Part shown: positions 23,663 through 25,964 of the stretch, piece after piece | How the letters are laid out: each line of letters begins with the position of its first letter | Numbering within the stretch: position 1 is the stretch's first letter | IMG/VR virus record: IMGVR_UViG_3300043567_000437 | Span: 1 to 25,964 of that record | DNA: 25,964 nucleotides | DNA from: a virus | Taxonomy: Duplodnaviria; Caudoviricetes | Direction: 5' to 3' (one strand) | Position numbers and translations under genes: made by a program | The notes under the pieces: generated by a model | Databases searched by the model: none | The model's input: only the letters and a program-made list of their open reading frames with translations | Told to the model about the DNA's origin: nothing

Positions 23663-23865
23663 CGGTCGTGCCTTTCCAGTTTCTCCTCGATCTTGTCGAG
23701 GCGCTTGCTGATGCTGTCCTGATTCGTCACGACCTGCATCAGCAGGCGGTCGTGATTGAGGTACGCGGGAAGGAGCATTCCGACGAGCGTGAGGGCAATC
23801 GCGCAGAGCGCGATCCAATTCGCCGTGGACAGGCTCACCTTGATGTTCGTCTTTTCGATTGTCAT
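23659..23865 (-). CDS. Small membrane protein with one TM and C-terminal coiled coil (lysis-cassette associated)
   Basis: WIALCAIALTLVGMLLPAYL followed by ISKRLDKIEEKLE. Confidence 0.7.
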   Translation of the reverse strand: MTIEKTNIKVSLSTANWIALCAIALTLVGMLLPAYLNHDRLLMQVVTNQDSISKRLDKIEEKLERHDR

Positions 23866-23869
23866 GGCT

Positions 23870-24172
23870 TTAGATGAACACGCGATACGGGATCGTCGGG
23901 ATCGGCTCAAACGTCGGCAACTCGTCCTCCTGCGCCTTCGTCAACTCGAAAGACACGCGGATGTTTGCGTGGTAGCGGTTGTCGCCGGGGCGCACGATCA
24001 CGCCTTCCTCGTCCACCTGCGCCGGGATCGGCCCGATGCGGTCGAGCGTGACACCCGTGACCGGAAGCACCATGACCTCGCCGTCCTCGTCGGTGCGTTC
24101 CTCGGCAAGCCCTGCGGCGATCAGGCCATCGTCAAGGTCGGATTCGGTGGTTGAGCGAAGTAGGTAGTCCAT
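23870..24172 (-). CDS. Small acidic tail/fibre-associated protein (100 aa)
   Basis: MDYLLR..LDRIGPI..YHANIRV..P.IPYRVF pattern, directly downstream of the fibre-like gene. Confidence 0.7.
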   Translation of the reverse strand: MDYLLRSTTESDLDDGLIAAGLAEERTDEDGEVMVLPVTGVTLDRIGPIPAQVDEEGVIVRPGDNRYHANIRVSFELTKAQEDELPTFEPIPTIPYRVFI

Positions 24173-24173
24173 G

Positions 24174-25964
24174 TCAGGTGGTGAGGGCTTGCATTTGCGA
24201 TTCCGGAAGCACAGTCGGCCAGTACTTGAACTGCGAAACCCAGACTGATCCGAAATCAGTAGCAGCAGTCTCTGTAGTGTTGTTGAACTTCAGCGATCCG
24301 ATTGTTGCAAGGGTTCCCGCTGCCGCCGTATTGACAAGCGCAGATCCTCCGGCAATCACCCAAGTCATCCTCGCGACAGATGGCTCTAGGCTTGTCGCAA
24401 ACTTGATCTTTCCGCTTGGACGTAGGTGATTTGAAGCGGTGATGATGACTGATCCAGCATTGTCAAACGCCGTTCCGAAGATTCGCGGCCCAACGGTTGA
24501 ACTGATATTCATTCGCAGGAATCCCCATCCGCGACCAGAAGGCGACTTCTCAAACTGCGCGAAGTACGGGAATGTATTCAGGTCGCGTGGGCCTCCGTCG
24601 ATCTGCATCATCACCGTTCCGCCGCTTTGATTGAAGTTCAGCGACGAGATGTCGGTCATCGTCATGGCGTCTTGTCCCCTGCTCCCCGTGCTTGCCCCGG
24701 TCGGGATGTACGAGGATGCGCCGGAGCCGCCTTCTACTTGGAATCCGTAGCAGTAGATCCCATCCGCCGCGTTTCCTGTTCCTGTGTACTGCGCCCCAAA
24801 TTGACCAAGCGTTGCACCGGATGGCACTCCAACGAATGCCCACCCATATGCGGTGCTAGCCGTGACATTCACGACCATCTCGCATCGCCACCATCCATTC
24901 GGGAACGGTGTTGCTTTTGCGCTGACGTAGCCAGCGCCGAAATTATTATCAGTTGCTCCGGTTGAAAGGTTAAATCGCACGGCAGCACGACCACTAGCAA
25001 GATCGGAAAGAAATAGATGCGTGTACGTTCTTGCCTTTGCCCAAATCGACACCGTAACTTGAGTGTTCGTCCCTGCGGTAATAGTTCGATAGTAACCGTG
25101 GAATGTTCCACCTACTGTCGCGTAAATCTGTAGCGCGGAGTTTGCAATTCCCGTTGGGTTGCTATCGCTTCCAGCCGTCACGACTGCCATGCCAGAATTG
25201 CTATAACCAGTAAGGCTATTTGATTCAAGCATGTAATTGATCGCGCTTCCCTCAATCAGCAGTCCGCGAGGCTGGGGCGGCGTAGTGGACGGGTCGTAGT
25301 CGAAGCGGGGGTCATGCCGCTCAGCGGTCGTGCTGGTGTTTTCTAGGTATGGAGCAGGAACGACTCCGTTCCATAGATTGAGTCGCGGATTCGCAAACTT
25401 GACCTCTGCCGTGGAGTTGCTAGACATACCAACGCCGAAATACGCGCCAGTAGTTCCAGACGTAGGGCTATCAAACACGAACGACAGAGTGCATGGGCCA
25501 AACACATTTCCGGCCGTGTACAGCCCCGAGTCCACATAGTACGCGCTGTTGGTGAAACTACCCGTAATCAGCAGGTTCGATGGCGTGAGTCCGGTGTCCC
25601 CGACCGTCAGGATGTCAACCGATGCAATCACTCTGCGCCCAGCACCAGTAAATCCTGATGATCGCGCAATGCCGATTCTCTGGCTGCTTGCAGTCATCGT
25701 CACCGAGCCATCACCGTGGAAGGTGGCAGATCCCGTTGAGAATGCGTATGTCCAGCCGGAGGAAGTCAGCGATGGAGTCGCGCCGCTCAAGCCGCCGAAT
25801 GCGGTGTTGAAGTAGAGATTCTGTCCAGCATACTGCACCAACCCCTGCGAGTTGATGAAGGTGGCGTTGGTCGTGCGCGTGAACGTCAGGCGCGGGTCGA
25901 GGACGCCCGTGGTGAAGTCCAGCGAGAGCGTGGAGCCGTCGCCGCCCTCCACCGGGAGCGTGCG
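24174..25964 (-). CDS. Virion fibre/head-spike protein with carbohydrate-binding-like beta domains (5'-truncated by the window)
   Basis: Frame open to the window end. LSLDF..LTFTR...ATFINSQG, PRFDYDP..RGLLIEG..IN, NGWWRC, GFQVE.G..ASSYIPT motifs; Ser/Thr/Gly-rich. Confidence 0.8.
   Translation of the reverse strand, partial: RTLPVEGGDGSTLSLDFTTGVLDPRLTFTRTTNATFINSQGLVQYAGQNLYFNTAFGGLSGATPSLTSSGWTYAFSTGSATFHGDGSVTMTASSQRIGIARSSGFTGAGRRVIASVDILTVGDTGLTPSNLLITGSFTNSAYYVDSGLYTAGNVFGPCTLSFVFDSPTSGTTGAYFGVGMSSNSTAEVKFANPRLNLWNGVVPAPYLENTSTTAERHDPRFDYDPSTTPPQPRGLLIEGSAINYMLESNSLTGYSNSGMAVVTAGSDSNPTGIANSALQIYATVGGTFHGYYRTITAGTNTQVTVSIWAKARTYTHLFLSDLASGRAAVRFNLSTGATDNNFGAGYVSAKATPFPNGWWRCEMVVNVTASTAYGWAFVGVPSGATLGQFGAQYTGTGNAADGIYCYGFQVEGGSGASSYIPTGASTGSRGQDAMTMTDISSLNFNQSGGTVMMQIDGGPRDLNTFPYFAQFEKSPSGRGWGFLRMNISSTVGPRIFGTAFDNAGSVIITASNHLRPSGKIKFATSLEPSVARMTWVIAGGSALVNTAAAGTLATIGSLKFNNTTETAATDFGSVWVSQFKYWPTVLPESQMQALTT

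Overview
A GC-rich segment of a tailed dsDNA phage genome with podovirus-like architecture; no integrase or host genes are visible. The left end (1-2281, + strand) carries small accessory genes, an XRE-type HTH gene, a lambda NinC-like PP-loop (PAPS-reductase fold) gene and a small secreted protein. A structured intergenic region (2315-2540) follows. Nearly everything else is on the - strand. A tightly coupled DNA-metabolism operon (2543-7250) encodes a RecE/DUF3799-like exonuclease, an ERF annealing protein, a Zn-binding protein, tandem paralogous small genes, HTH/RHH regulators, a RusA resolvase and a PD-(D/E)XK nuclease. Next come a metallophosphoesterase and HExxH mini-peptidase pair, then a ~690-bp gene-free region, then the late module: head-spike/tail-fibre-type protein, holin and spanin-like genes, an Mtd_N tail fibre, a tail tube/hub protein, ejection-protein-like genes and a 2600-aa polyvalent protein with two ART-PolyVal-like domains. 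The most striking unexplained element is 8553-9217. It has two back-to-back sigma70-like promoters around a long inverted repeat. One drives a putative ~440-nt densely folded RNA with several pseudoknots that ends in a primosome-assembly-site-like hairpin; the other drives a putative ~120-nt RNA ending in a terminator. All calls come from reading motifs by eye; no searches or folding programs were run.
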